Assembly: GCA_025808875.1 (NCBI GenBank)
Contig: CP075528.1
Coordinates: forward strand, 1,546,473 to 1,610,472
Length of the DNA: 64,000 nt
Direction: 5' to 3'
Source: Enhydrobacter sp.
Lineage (GTDB): Bacteria; Pseudomonadota; Alphaproteobacteria; Reyranellales; Reyranellaceae
Shown here: one piece after another, positions 23,081 to 32,254 of the stretch
How positions within the stretch are numbered: position 1 is the first letter of the stretch
Layout: each line of letters begins with the position of its first letter
Position numbers and translations under genes: made by a program
The notes under the pieces: model-generated
Seen by the model: the letters and a program-made list of their open reading frames with translations, nothing else
Told to the model about the DNA's origin: nothing
The model's database searches: none

Positions 23081-25351
23081 TCAGGAGCTGTGCAGCGCCC
23101 GCCAGACCTTCTCGGCCGTGATAGGCATGTCGATGTGCCGGACAGCGTGTGGCCGCAGCGCGTCCATCACGGCGTTGCCGAGCGCGGCCGGCGCGCCATT
23201 GGTCGGCAGCTCGCCGACGCCCTTGAAGCCCAGGATGTTGTTGGGCGAGGGCGTGGCGATGGTCGTGACGGCAACACCTGGCACGTCGTCGGCCCGCGGC
23301 AGCGCATAGTCCATCAGCGTCGCCGTCAGGAGCTGGCCCGCCTCGTCGTACACCGCCTGCTCCATGAGGGCATTACCGAGACCGTGGACGACACCGCCCT
23401 GCACCTGGCCCTCGAGCAGGCGGGGATTCACCACGATGCCCGCGTCGACGGCGGAGGTGAAGCGGTCGACGCGCACGGCGCCCGTGTCGGGATCGATCTC
23501 GACCTCGCAGACCATGACGCCGGTCGGGAATGAGTCGATCTTGTCGGCGAACACGGCGTCGCCCTCGAAGCGCCTCCAAGCGGCCAGTTCGAACAGGCCG
23601 ATGCGATGGTCGGTACCGACAACCTCGAAGGCACCGTCGCGATACTGGATATCGGCCGGCGCGGCCTCCAGCCGTTCGGCGGCGAGATCGCGGCCGCGCT
23701 CGATCACGACGTCGGCGGCGCGTTTGAGTGTCGTGCCGCTGATGATGGTCGAGGAGGAGCCGCCGGTGCCGCCACCGTGCGGGTTGGCGCGCGTATCGCC
23801 CTGGTGCAGTTCGATCCGTTCCACCGGGACGCCGAGGGCCGTCGACAGGATCTGCGCGAACACGGTTTCGTGGCCCTGGCCCTGGCTCTGCGTGCCGGCG
23901 AAGGCGACCAGTCGGTCGGGTTCGACCCGCACCACGACATGCTCGTCGGCGATGCCGCCGGTGCCGTGCAGATGGCAGGAGAGGCCGAGGCCGCGCAGGG
24001 CTCCCCTGGCTTCGCTCGCCGCGCGACGTGCGGCGAACCCCGCGACATCGGCCGCCTGCAACGCGGCCTCGAACAGGCGTGGGCAATCGGCGGCATCGTA
24101 GGTGTAACCGCTCGCCGCCTTGTAGGGCATGTCCTCGGGCCGCAGCAAATTCAGCCGGCGCAGGTCGACCGGAGATCGCCCGGTCTCGCGGGCGGCGATG
24201 TCGACCAGCCGCTCGAGCAGGAACAGCGCCTCCGGTTTGCCGGCGCCGCGAATGGCGTCGACCGGCACGGTGTTGCTGAAGGCGCAGTCGAAGTCGAGAC
24301 AGAGCGCGGGGATGCGATAGAGGCCGGAGATCACCTTGGCCATGCCGGTAGTCGGGATCGACGGCGCGAACATGCCGAGATAGGCGCCATAGTTGGCCTC
24401 CGCCTTGACGCGCAGGCCGAGGAAGCGGCCGTCGCTGTCGAGCGCCAGCTCGGCGTTGGCGACAAGGTCGCGCGCATGCGTGTCGCTGAGAGCATGTTCG
24501 GTCCGCTCGGCGCTCCAACGCAGGCCGCGCCGGAGTTTGCGCGTCGCCCAGGCGATCAGGATCGATTCGACGGAAATGGGATACTTCGGGCCGAAGCCGC
24601 CGCCGACATCCTCCGTGACCAGCCTGAGCTTTTCCCTGGGCAGGTTCAACACGCGCTCGCACATCAGCCGGTGCGGGATGTGCACGCCCTGCGAGGACAG
24701 CGTGACCGTGACGAGTTCTTCGGTCGCCGAATAGGCCGACCAGACCGCGCGCGTTTCCATGTAGTGGGCGATCTGACGCGGCGAGCGGATGGCCAGCCGC
24801 GCGACGTGCGCGGCTCTGGCGAAGGCCGTCTCGGTGGCCGCGCGATCGCCGCGCTCCCAGCGGCACATGAGGTTTCCGGGCGCGTCGTCGTGCAGCTGCG
24901 GTGCATCCGGCGCGAGCGCGTCGGCTACCGTGACGACGGCCGGCTGCTCCTCGTATGCCACCCCCAACGCCTCGGCGGCGTCGCGCGCCTGGTCGGGCGT
25001 ATCGGCGATCACCATGGCGACGATGTCGCCGACGAACCGCACCTTGCTAACCGACATCGGCAGGTGCGTCGGCTCTCGATGCCGGTTGCCAGCGGGATCC
25101 TTGATCTCGCTGATGGTCGGCACGTGGCCCAGCCCGTCGGCCGACGTGTCGTCCGCGGTGTAGATCGCGATGGCGCCGGGCGCGGCGAGCGCGTCGCGCT
25201 TGTCGATGGAGACGATCCGCGCGTGGGCATGCGGCGAGCGCACAAACAGGACGGCAGCGCAGTCGCTCGGCGCCGTATTATCCGTGTATCGTCCGCGACC
25301 CGTCAGGAATCGGGCATCTTCACGCCTCGAGATCGACCGGCCGATCGTCAT
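23081..25351 (-). CDS. Xanthine dehydrogenase-family molybdopterin-binding (large) subunit, 756 aa
   Basis: ATG at 25351 gives MTIGRSISRREDARFLTGRGRYTDN (a/b hammerhead start). An AIRGAGKPE-type active-site loop is present. No adjacent FeS or FAD subunit genes. Confidence 0.85.
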   Translation of the reverse strand: MTIGRSISRREDARFLTGRGRYTDNTAPSDCAAVLFVRSPHAHARIVSIDKRDALAAPGAIAIYTADDTSADGLGHVPTISEIKDPAGNRHREPTHLPMSVSKVRFVGDIVAMVIADTPDQARDAAEALGVAYEEQPAVVTVADALAPDAPQLHDDAPGNLMCRWERGDRAATETAFARAAHVARLAIRSPRQIAHYMETRAVWSAYSATEELVTVTLSSQGVHIPHRLMCERVLNLPREKLRLVTEDVGGGFGPKYPISVESILIAWATRKLRRGLRWSAERTEHALSDTHARDLVANAELALDSDGRFLGLRVKAEANYGAYLGMFAPSIPTTGMAKVISGLYRIPALCLDFDCAFSNTVPVDAIRGAGKPEALFLLERLVDIAARETGRSPVDLRRLNLLRPEDMPYKAASGYTYDAADCPRLFEAALQAADVAGFAARRAASEARGALRGLGLSCHLHGTGGIADEHVVVRVEPDRLVAFAGTQSQGQGHETVFAQILSTALGVPVERIELHQGDTRANPHGGGTGGSSSTIISGTTLKRAADVVIERGRDLAAERLEAAPADIQYRDGAFEVVGTDHRIGLFELAAWRRFEGDAVFADKIDSFPTGVMVCEVEIDPDTGAVRVDRFTSAVDAGIVVNPRLLEGQVQGGVVHGLGNALMEQAVYDEAGQLLTATLMDYALPRADDVPGVAVTTIATPSPNNILGFKGVGELPTNGAPAALGNAVMDALRPHAVRHIDMPITAEKVWRALHSS

Positions 25352-25409
25352 CGCCGCATGTCTCGGAAGTATATACGGGCGTTCCGCCACACGAATTGCG
25401 GGTGTCCCA

Positions 25410-25480
25410 GACTTCCGCCGAAACTGCAGGAACTGCCGTAACTGTACAAATCGTCTGGATGCATCGGGTCCTCCCGACCA
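25410..25480 (+). repeat. Partial, rearranged relative of the intergenic repeat element (copy C)
   Basis: Four 9-mers CCGAAACTG CAGGAACTG CCGTAACTG TACAAATCG (25418-25453) resemble the arrays of copies A and B. The 12-nt GTCCTCCCGACC is shared with copy A, but inverted relative to the array. Confidence 0.35.
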
Positions 25481-25595
25481 GCCTCGCCTCCGACATCGGC
25501 TATCGCCGAACAAAGTGAACTCCCGTCGCGTTGGGCGTCGGGTGCAGTCAGCCCACTAGCATGCGTACAGCGGTATGGTCAAACAATTTATACGA

Positions 25596-26639
25596 TCAGG
25601 CAGCCAGCACGTCGCCGATCACCTTGAGCGCCGCGTCGATGTCGACACGGTTGACGTCGAGATGGGTGACCGCGCGAATGCGGGTCGGCGAGTTGGCGCC
25701 GAGGCCGACGCCGCGCTCCCTGCAGGCCTCGACCAGCCTGGGCGCGGTCCAGCCCGGCTTTTTCACGTCGAAGAATACAAGATTGGTCTGCATCCTCGGC
25801 ACATCGCACTCGAGGCCCGCGATATTGGCTACACCTTCGGCGAGGTGGTGGGCGTTGTCGTGGTCCTCCGCCAGCCGGTCCCAGTTGTGCTCCAGCGCGT
25901 AGAGCGCGGCGGCAGCGATGACGCCGGACTGCCGCATCGAACCGCCCAGCATCTGCTTCTGCCGCCAGGCCTCCCTGATGAATTCCCGGGAGCCGGCGAG
26001 GCTCGCGCCGACCGGCGCGCCGAGTCCCTTGCTGTAGTCGAGCCACAGCGAATCCACGCAGGCGGCATAGTCCCTCGCCGGCGTGCCGGTCTTGACGCTC
26101 GCGTTGCACAGCCGCGCGCCATCCATGTGCAGGGCGAGGCCGGCGCCACGCGCCACCTTGGAGACCGCCTGCATGGTGGCGAGCGGCCACGCGGTGCCGA
26201 AGCCGCCGTTGGAGGTGTTTTCCACCGATACCAGACGCGAGCGCGGGGCATGGCGGATGTTGGGGTCGCGGATCGCCGCCTGTACTTGCTCGGCGGTGAA
26301 GACGCCGTTGGGGCCGTCGAGCATGCGGATCATCACGCCGGAATTGGCGGCCGTCCCGCCGGACTCGGCGTTGATGATGTGCGCCGTGCGGTCGGCGATC
26401 ACCTCGTCGCCCAGCCGGCACTGTATGCGGATGGCGATCTGGTTGGCCATGGTCCCGCTCGGCAGGAAGACCGAGTCCTCCTTGCCGAGGATCTCGCACA
26501 CTCGCTCGCGCAGTCGCTCGGTCGTCGGGTCCTCGAACTTCTGCTCGTCGCCGACCTCGGCCTCGGCCATCGCCTTGCGCATGCCCGGTGAAGGCCTGGT
26601 CTTGGTGTCGCTGTAGAGGTCGATGAAGCGGTTTTGCAT
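25596..26639 (-). CDS. ltaE: Low-specificity threonine aldolase (PLP, beta-eliminating lyase family), 347 aa
   Basis: ATG at 26639 gives MQNRFIDLYSDTKTRPSPGMRKAMAEAEVGDEQ. A DYSKGLGAPVG PLP-lysine region is present. Confidence 0.75.
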   Translation of the reverse strand: MQNRFIDLYSDTKTRPSPGMRKAMAEAEVGDEQKFEDPTTERLRERVCEILGKEDSVFLPSGTMANQIAIRIQCRLGDEVIADRTAHIINAESGGTAANSGVMIRMLDGPNGVFTAEQVQAAIRDPNIRHAPRSRLVSVENTSNGGFGTAWPLATMQAVSKVARGAGLALHMDGARLCNASVKTGTPARDYAACVDSLWLDYSKGLGAPVGASLAGSREFIREAWRQKQMLGGSMRQSGVIAAAALYALEHNWDRLAEDHDNAHHLAEGVANIAGLECDVPRMQTNLVFFDVKKPGWTAPRLVEACRERGVGLGANSPTRIRAVTHLDVNRVDIDAALKVIGDVLAA

Positions 26640-26693
26640 GGCGTGGCGGGTGCTCCTGCGCCACCATAGCGGCATTCGCGACCAGGAGGAAAC

Positions 26694-27524
26694 ATGAGCC
26701 AGCTTGCGGCCCAGCCCGCAGCTCCGCTAATGCCGGAAGAATTGCTTTATGCCGTCGACGGGCCGATCGCGACGGTGACGCTGAACGCCCCGCAGCGCAT
26801 GAACACCATCTCCGGACCGATGCTGAAGCAGCTCACCGACGCGCTGGTGCGGGCGAACGAGGACGGGATGGTGCGGGTGGTCATCCTGACCGGTGCCGGC
26901 CGGGCCTTCTGCGCCGGTCTCAATCTCGAGGCCCAGAGCAAGGATACCGACAACCTGTCGGTCGGATCGGGCGCCTCGCCCACCAGTATAGACCTGCGCA
27001 ATACGCCGCCACCGGTGCTGCATGCCATGGACAAGCCGGTGATCGCCGCGCTGAACGGCAGTGCTGCGGGCTACGGCCTCGATCTGGCGCTGGGTGCCGA
27101 CATCCGGGTCATGGCGCAATCGGCCAAGCTCGCCGCTTCATATGCCAAGCGCGGCGTGCTGCCCGAATCGGGCGGCACCTGGTACCTGCCGCGGCTGCTG
27201 GGCTGGGCGAAGGCAGCGGAGATCATCTTCACCGGGCGCACGCTCGGCGCGGAGCAATCGTTGTCGCTCGGCCTGGTCAACAGCGTCGTGCCCGACGCCG
27301 ACGTCCTGGGAGCGGCGCGCGCCCTCGCACTGGAAATCGCAGCCAATGCCCCGCTCGCCATCCAGGCCGCCAAGCGCATGATGCGCATGGCCTGGAACGA
27401 GCCGTTCAACGAGCACGTTCATCATGTCTTTCTGCAGCTACTGCCCCTGATGCAGACCGAAGACATGAAGGAGGGCGTTCGTGCCTTCCTGGAAAAGCGC
27501 GAGCCGAGCTTCCAAGGACGGTAG
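26694..27524 (+). CDS. Enoyl-CoA hydratase/isomerase (crotonase) family protein, 276 aa
   Basis: VVILTGAGRAFCAGLNL and AALNGSAAGYGLDLAL oxyanion-hole motifs, with C-terminal EGVRAFLEKREPSF. Confidence 0.9.
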   Translation: MSQLAAQPAAPLMPEELLYAVDGPIATVTLNAPQRMNTISGPMLKQLTDALVRANEDGMVRVVILTGAGRAFCAGLNLEAQSKDTDNLSVGSGASPTSIDLRNTPPPVLHAMDKPVIAALNGSAAGYGLDLALGADIRVMAQSAKLAASYAKRGVLPESGGTWYLPRLLGWAKAAEIIFTGRTLGAEQSLSLGLVNSVVPDADVLGAARALALEIAANAPLAIQAAKRMMRMAWNEPFNEHVHHVFLQLLPLMQTEDMKEGVRAFLEKREPSFQGR

Positions 27525-27710
27525 GTCCTGCACTGCGTATCGGGCCGGCTGAAGCTCAGGTCGTCAAGACCGCCGCGGTGGTCGGCAGGCAACAACGCGA
27601 TGGAAGTCATCCGCCGGACCAAGGACGGCGCCGCTAAGACCAAGCTCGACGGCTACTGCCTGTTCGAGGCGCCGCTGACGAAGAAGTAGGCGCGATACCC
27701 ATTCCGTGGA

Positions 27711-28505
27711 TCAGGGTGTCGTAGAACCTCGATTGACGCCGATCAGCGTCTTGAGGGTTTCCAGGACGCGGTTGAGCAGGGCCAACACCAGGCTCGTGCT
27801 GAAGCCGAAAAGAAATGGCGCCAGGATCAGCGCGTATGTGCTCGGATCGGTCATTTCGCGGGCGACCTGACTTTGAAATGTCCCGCTCAGGGCATCGAGG
27901 CCCTGGAAGGAGATGGGCGCGCCCAGCAAGAAGGCGAACACGGCGCCGAGCACGATTCGAATCGTCAGGAGGTTGCGATTGGTCAAATCGACATTGTCGC
28001 TGACGACGACGTCCGTGGCGTTCGCCGAAGACGGTGGCTTGTGATTGGAAGCGCTGACTCCGAGAAAGGCACAGGCGCCCATGGCCCCCTGCGAAACCGT
28101 CCATCCGAACACGGAGAAGAGAAACAGGAAGGCCCGCAGCGGAGAATCGGGCAACCGAAAGGTTTGGTAGAGAACGTAGAATGCCGCGAAAAACACGGAG
28201 CAACCGAGGAAGATCAGCGGCATGGTCTTGAAAAAGAAGCCGAGCTCGTGCACTCGCATCTTCCAGCGCTGGTTGTCATCCAGCATGGTGATGAGGGCGG
28301 TGAGCTTGGCATCCAGGAGCGCCCACTCTTCTTCGGTGGGAGCCCTACCGCTGGTCCCGTAGGAAAAGTCGTTCAACTCGCCGAGGTCGATCGCCGGAAG
28401 GTACGCTGGTGGAATCGGCACACGTTCCTCGAACAGGAACTGCTTGATCTTCCTGATTTCGGTCAGCTGCGACATGAACTGTGCGTCGCCGATCAAGACA
28501 GCCAT
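27711..28505 (-). CDS. Hypothetical integral membrane protein (about 4 TM helices after an 80-aa soluble N-terminus), 264 aa
   Basis: ATG at 28505 is preceded by GGAGG. Hydrophobic segments are MPLIFLGCSVFFAAFYVLY, AFLFLFSVFGWTVSQGAMGACAFLGV, IRIVLGAVFAFLLGAPI and YALILAPFLFGFSTSLVLALL. No motif recognised. Lies in a GC dip. Confidence 0.6.
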   Translation of the reverse strand: MAVLIGDAQFMSQLTEIRKIKQFLFEERVPIPPAYLPAIDLGELNDFSYGTSGRAPTEEEWALLDAKLTALITMLDDNQRWKMRVHELGFFFKTMPLIFLGCSVFFAAFYVLYQTFRLPDSPLRAFLFLFSVFGWTVSQGAMGACAFLGVSASNHKPPSSANATDVVVSDNVDLTNRNLLTIRIVLGAVFAFLLGAPISFQGLDALSGTFQSQVAREMTDPSTYALILAPFLFGFSTSLVLALLNRVLETLKTLIGVNRGSTTP

Positions 28506-28648
28506 GTCTGCCTCCGCAGTATCCAGTGAACGCTCGCACCGGTTGCGATCTGGGTCAACGGGCCGTGCCGCGGAACCTCAAAGCAGAGCGAGAGCCGTGG
28601 ATGCCGGCGGCGGGGCGTAACGTCGCTCGGACTGCACAGGTTGTGAAC

Positions 28649-29053
28649 CTACACGGCCTCGATCAACGCGTCGTAGCCGCGCGCGTTGAACTGCAGCAGG
28701 CAGAAGCCGTGCCCGAAGGGATCGGCGAGCATGGCGATGCGTCCATAGGGCGTGTCGCGCGCCGCCGCCTCGACCCTGGCGCCCACGGCGACGGCACGGG
28801 TCACGGCTGCATCCACGTCGTCCACCACGATGTCGGCATGGATCGGCGTCCAATGACGTTCGTAGCGCCGCCTGTCTCCACCGGCGCCGACGGTGCCTGG
28901 CTCCTTGGTCAACAGATAGACAGGCGCGGGCCAGCCCGTCAGCTCGACGAAATCGGTGCCGAAACGGCGCCCCACCGTCAGCCCGAACGCCTCGGTGTAG
29001 AAGCGTTCGGCCGCGGCGACGTCGGGCACATCGATGTTGAGCAGGAACGTCAT
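28649..29053 (-). CDS. VOC-family (glyoxalase-like) protein, 134 aa
   Basis: ATG at 29053 gives MTFLLNIDVPDVAAAERFYTEAFG. Ends with LADPFGHGFCL. Start overlaps the upstream stop by 4 nt. Confidence 0.8.
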   Translation of the reverse strand: MTFLLNIDVPDVAAAERFYTEAFGLTVGRRFGTDFVELTGWPAPVYLLTKEPGTVGAGGDRRRYERHWTPIHADIVVDDVDAAVTRAVAVGARVEAAARDTPYGRIAMLADPFGHGFCLLQFNARGYDALIEAV

Positions 29054-30066
29054 GGTCGGCGCTCCATGACGACGGCGACGCGTCCCGTGACCTGCCGTTC
29101 CAGCAGCGCATGCATCGCCTCGGCCGCCTGGTCGAGGCTGAAGGTGCGGTCGACGTGCGGGCGGCACAGGCTCGCCTCGCACCAGCCACGGATGCGCTCC
29201 ATCAGCGCGAAGGTGCGGTCGGCTTGTTCGAAGCGTGCGTCATGCGGGCTCCAGCCGACGTAGTAACCGTAGTTGAAACCCATCACCGCGATGCTCTTGA
29301 CGAGCAGGATGTTGGCGGGGACCTGCGGGATGACGCCGGAGGCGAAGCCGATCGGGCAGATGCGACCCTCGACCGCCATGCAGCGCAGCGACTGGGCGAA
29401 CACGTCGCCGCCCACCGGGTCGTAGACGCGATCGACACCGCGGCCGTTCGTCAACTTCAGCACCTCGTCGCGAAAGTCGCCCACGGTGTAGTCGATGACA
29501 TGGTCGGCGCCGTGCGCCTTGGCGAATGCGGTCTTGCGCGCGCCGCCGGCCGTCGCGATGACGGTCGCGCCCAGGATCTTGCCGATCTCGACGGCCGCCA
29601 TGCCGACGCCGCCCGCCGCGGCATGGACCAGCAGCGTGTGGCCTTTCTGGACATCGAGGGCGAGCGGCCAGGTGAGCGCGCCGGCCGAGGTCGGGTAGGA
29701 GATCGGAAGCTGGATCGCCTCGACGAATCCGAGGTTCCGCGGCTTGGGAAACACGTTGACCTCGTGCGCGACGGCCTCCTCGGCGAGGCCACCCCAGTCG
29801 AGCACCGCCACGACCTCGTCGCCGACCTTGAGCCGGCGGCAGGCCGGGCCGGTCTCGATGACGACGCCCGACACTTCGGTGCCGGGCGCGAAGGGGAAGG
29901 ACGGTCGACGCTGGTACTTGCCGGCGATGACGAGGGTGGTGGCGAAGCTCACGCCCGCCGCTGCGATCCGGATGCGTACCTGTTGCGGCCCGAGCGGCGA
30001 CCGCTCGATCTCTTCCAGGTGCAATTGCTCGGGCCCGCCCCATTGGCGGCAGATCATGGCTTTCAT
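29050..30066 (-). CDS. NADPH:quinone oxidoreductase (zinc-type/MDR alcohol dehydrogenase superfamily), 338 aa
   Basis: MKAMICRQWGGPEQLHLEE..., LVHAAAGGVGMAAVEIGK nucleotide-binding motif. Confidence 0.85.
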   Translation of the reverse strand: MKAMICRQWGGPEQLHLEEIERSPLGPQQVRIRIAAAGVSFATTLVIAGKYQRRPSFPFAPGTEVSGVVIETGPACRRLKVGDEVVAVLDWGGLAEEAVAHEVNVFPKPRNLGFVEAIQLPISYPTSAGALTWPLALDVQKGHTLLVHAAAGGVGMAAVEIGKILGATVIATAGGARKTAFAKAHGADHVIDYTVGDFRDEVLKLTNGRGVDRVYDPVGGDVFAQSLRCMAVEGRICPIGFASGVIPQVPANILLVKSIAVMGFNYGYYVGWSPHDARFEQADRTFALMERIRGWCEASLCRPHVDRTFSLDQAAEAMHALLERQVTGRVAVVMERRP

Positions 30067-30074
30067 GGCGTCAC

Positions 30075-31298
30075 CTATAGCGCGACGGGAAGACTTTTCA
30101 CGCCGCGCAGGATGAGGGAATCGTGCCACTCCGGCGCGCCGTCGGCGATGAGGCGGATGCCAGGCGCCCGTTCGGCCAGCCGCACGGCGGCGATCTGCGC
30201 CTCGAGCCGGGCGAGCGGCGCGCCGAGGCAGAAGTGGATGCCATGGCCGAAAGTCAGGTGCGGATTCTGCGGGCGGCCGATGTCGAAACGCTCGGGATCG
30301 TCGAAAGCTTCGGGGTCGCGGTTGGCCGAGTTGACGAAGGCGAAGACGCGCTGGCCGGCGCGGATCGTCTTGCCGGCCATCTCGATGTCGCCCGAGGCGA
30401 CGCGGGCGATGGCGCCCGACGGCCCGTCGTAGCGCAGATACTCCTCGACTGCAGGCGCGGCGAGCGACGGCTCGGCGACCAGCCGCTCCCATTGGCCGCG
30501 ATGTTTCATCGAGTAGAGGAAGCCGTTGCCGATCAGGTTGGTCGTCGTCTCGTGGCCGGCGAACAGCAGCAGGATGCAGGTGCCGATGATCTCGTCGGTG
30601 CTGAGCGCGTCCGCCTCGTCGCGCGCCAGGACGAGCTTGCTGATCATGTCGTCGCGCGGCGCGGCGGTGCGCGCCTCGACCAGATCGCGAAAGTAGCCCG
30701 ACATGGCCTTGGCGCCCGTCTCCGCGCGCAGGTACTTGTTGCCCGCGACCTGGGCGCTGCCGATGAACAGCGCGATGTCGTCGGACCAGATCTTGACGCG
30801 ATCGAGGTCGGCGCGCGGCACCCCCAGCAGGTCCATGATCACCGAGGCCGGCAGCGGATAGGCGAAGTCGGCGATGTAGTCGACGCTTTCGCCGCGTCGT
30901 GCCTTGGTCTGCATGCCGTCGATCAGGCGGGCGACGATGTCCTCGATGTTGGGTCGCAGATTCTCGACGCTGGTCGGCGTGAAGGCCTTGTTGAACAGCC
31001 GGCGCAGTCGCGTGTGGTCGGGCGGGTCGCGGAACACCATCCAGTGATTGAGGTAGCGCACCAGGCTCTCGATGCCGCCGCGCCGATATTCCGGGTTGGC
31101 CTTGAAGAAGGGCGTCAGCCGGTCGGCCGAGATCTGCCGGTTGTTGAGCGCGACCTGGCGGACGTCTGCATAGCGTGTGATGATCCATGCCTTCATCGCC
31201 GGCGACCAGTGCACCGGATCGCCGTCGCGCAGCCGCGCGAACTCGGGGAAGGGGTTGGCGTTGGTGGCGGGGTTGCCGAGGTCGAATGCGTAGGTCAT
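30075..31298 (-). CDS. Cytochrome P450, 407 aa
   Basis: I-helix LLFAGHETT, EEYLRYD (ExxR) and haem-thiolate loop FGHGIHFCLGAPLA. Confidence 0.92.
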   Translation of the reverse strand: MTYAFDLGNPATNANPFPEFARLRDGDPVHWSPAMKAWIITRYADVRQVALNNRQISADRLTPFFKANPEYRRGGIESLVRYLNHWMVFRDPPDHTRLRRLFNKAFTPTSVENLRPNIEDIVARLIDGMQTKARRGESVDYIADFAYPLPASVIMDLLGVPRADLDRVKIWSDDIALFIGSAQVAGNKYLRAETGAKAMSGYFRDLVEARTAAPRDDMISKLVLARDEADALSTDEIIGTCILLLFAGHETTTNLIGNGFLYSMKHRGQWERLVAEPSLAAPAVEEYLRYDGPSGAIARVASGDIEMAGKTIRAGQRVFAFVNSANRDPEAFDDPERFDIGRPQNPHLTFGHGIHFCLGAPLARLEAQIAAVRLAERAPGIRLIADGAPEWHDSLILRGVKSLPVAL

Positions 31299-31309
31299 GA
31301 AACCGCGTC

Positions 31310-32146
31310 CTATGCCCATGGCCCGAAGGGCGGCATGTCCCTGCTGGGTTTCATGGGAAATTGCGGCGGACGCTTCTCGAAGAATGACTTGATGCCTTCC
31401 TGCGCATCGGCGGCCTGGGCGAGATGGCCGACGCATTGCAGGTCGAGGGTGACGGCGTCGAGCGGGTCTTGGGCGCCCCACATGCTCCACATCAGGCGGC
31501 GGTTGACGGCGGCGGCGACCGAAGAGGTGCTGGCGTCCGCGAACTTTCGCGCCAGCGCCCGCGCCGAGGACAACAGGCCGTCGGGCGGGTGGACCGAGCG
31601 CACGAGCCCACCCTCCAGTGCCTCGTCGGCGCCCAACAGTTCGGCGGTCATCACCCATTCCTGCGCCTTCTGCATGCCCACGAGCCGTGGCAGAAACCAG
31701 CATGAGCCGGCTTCCATGGCCATGCCGCGTTTGTTGAAGACGAAGCCGACGCGGGCGGCGCTCGACATCATGCGAATATCCATCGGCAGGCACATGGTGA
31801 TGCCGACACCGACCGCCGCGCCGTTGATCGCCGCCACAACGGGCTTCAGGCAATTGAGGATCGCGAGCGTGATGGAATCCCGGGCCTCGCGCTTGTGCGG
31901 CTTGGAGCCGTCGTTCCAGACTTGGAACGCGCCGCTGCCGCCGGAGATATCGGCGCCGGCGCAGAAAGCCCGGCCCGCGCCCGTCACGACGATCGAGCGC
32001 ACGTCGTCCATGGCGTTGACGCGCGTGAAGAAGTCGATGAGGTCGCGGCTCATGGCGGGATTGAAGGCGTTCAGCTTGTCCGGCCGGTTGAGCGTCACGG
32101 TCATCACGCCGTCGGCGAGGTCCGTCAGCAACGTTTCGTAGGCCAT
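31310..32146 (-). CDS. Enoyl-CoA hydratase/isomerase family protein, 278 aa
   Basis: MTVTLNRPDKLNAF, VVTGAGRAFCAGADI and AAINGAAVGVGITMCL. Confidence 0.9.
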   Translation of the reverse strand: MAYETLLTDLADGVMTVTLNRPDKLNAFNPAMSRDLIDFFTRVNAMDDVRSIVVTGAGRAFCAGADISGGSGAFQVWNDGSKPHKREARDSITLAILNCLKPVVAAINGAAVGVGITMCLPMDIRMMSSAARVGFVFNKRGMAMEAGSCWFLPRLVGMQKAQEWVMTAELLGADEALEGGLVRSVHPPDGLLSSARALARKFADASTSSVAAAVNRRLMWSMWGAQDPLDAVTLDLQCVGHLAQAADAQEGIKSFFEKRPPQFPMKPSRDMPPFGPWA

Positions 32147-32254
32147 GCTTCCTCCAGGTCGTTCCGCTCAGCAAGACGGAATGCCGTTGCGCGAGCGTGT
32201 CGTTTGGGAAACCATCGCCGCAACCTGAGCGAACCGCAATCCCGGAGGAGATCG

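Noticed and set aside
23081-25351. Calling the Mo-subunit a carbon-monoxide dehydrogenase (coxL).
   Set aside because: No coxM/coxS neighbours are present. The active-site loop is AIRGAGKPE rather than the form I AYxCSFR signature.
27600-27689. 29-codon ORF (MEVIRRTKDGAAKTKLDGYCLFEAPLTKK) that looks like a C-terminal gene remnant.
   Set aside because: The upstream frame is closed by a stop at 27522 and shows no protein-like sequence. It has no RBS. It is too short to assign.
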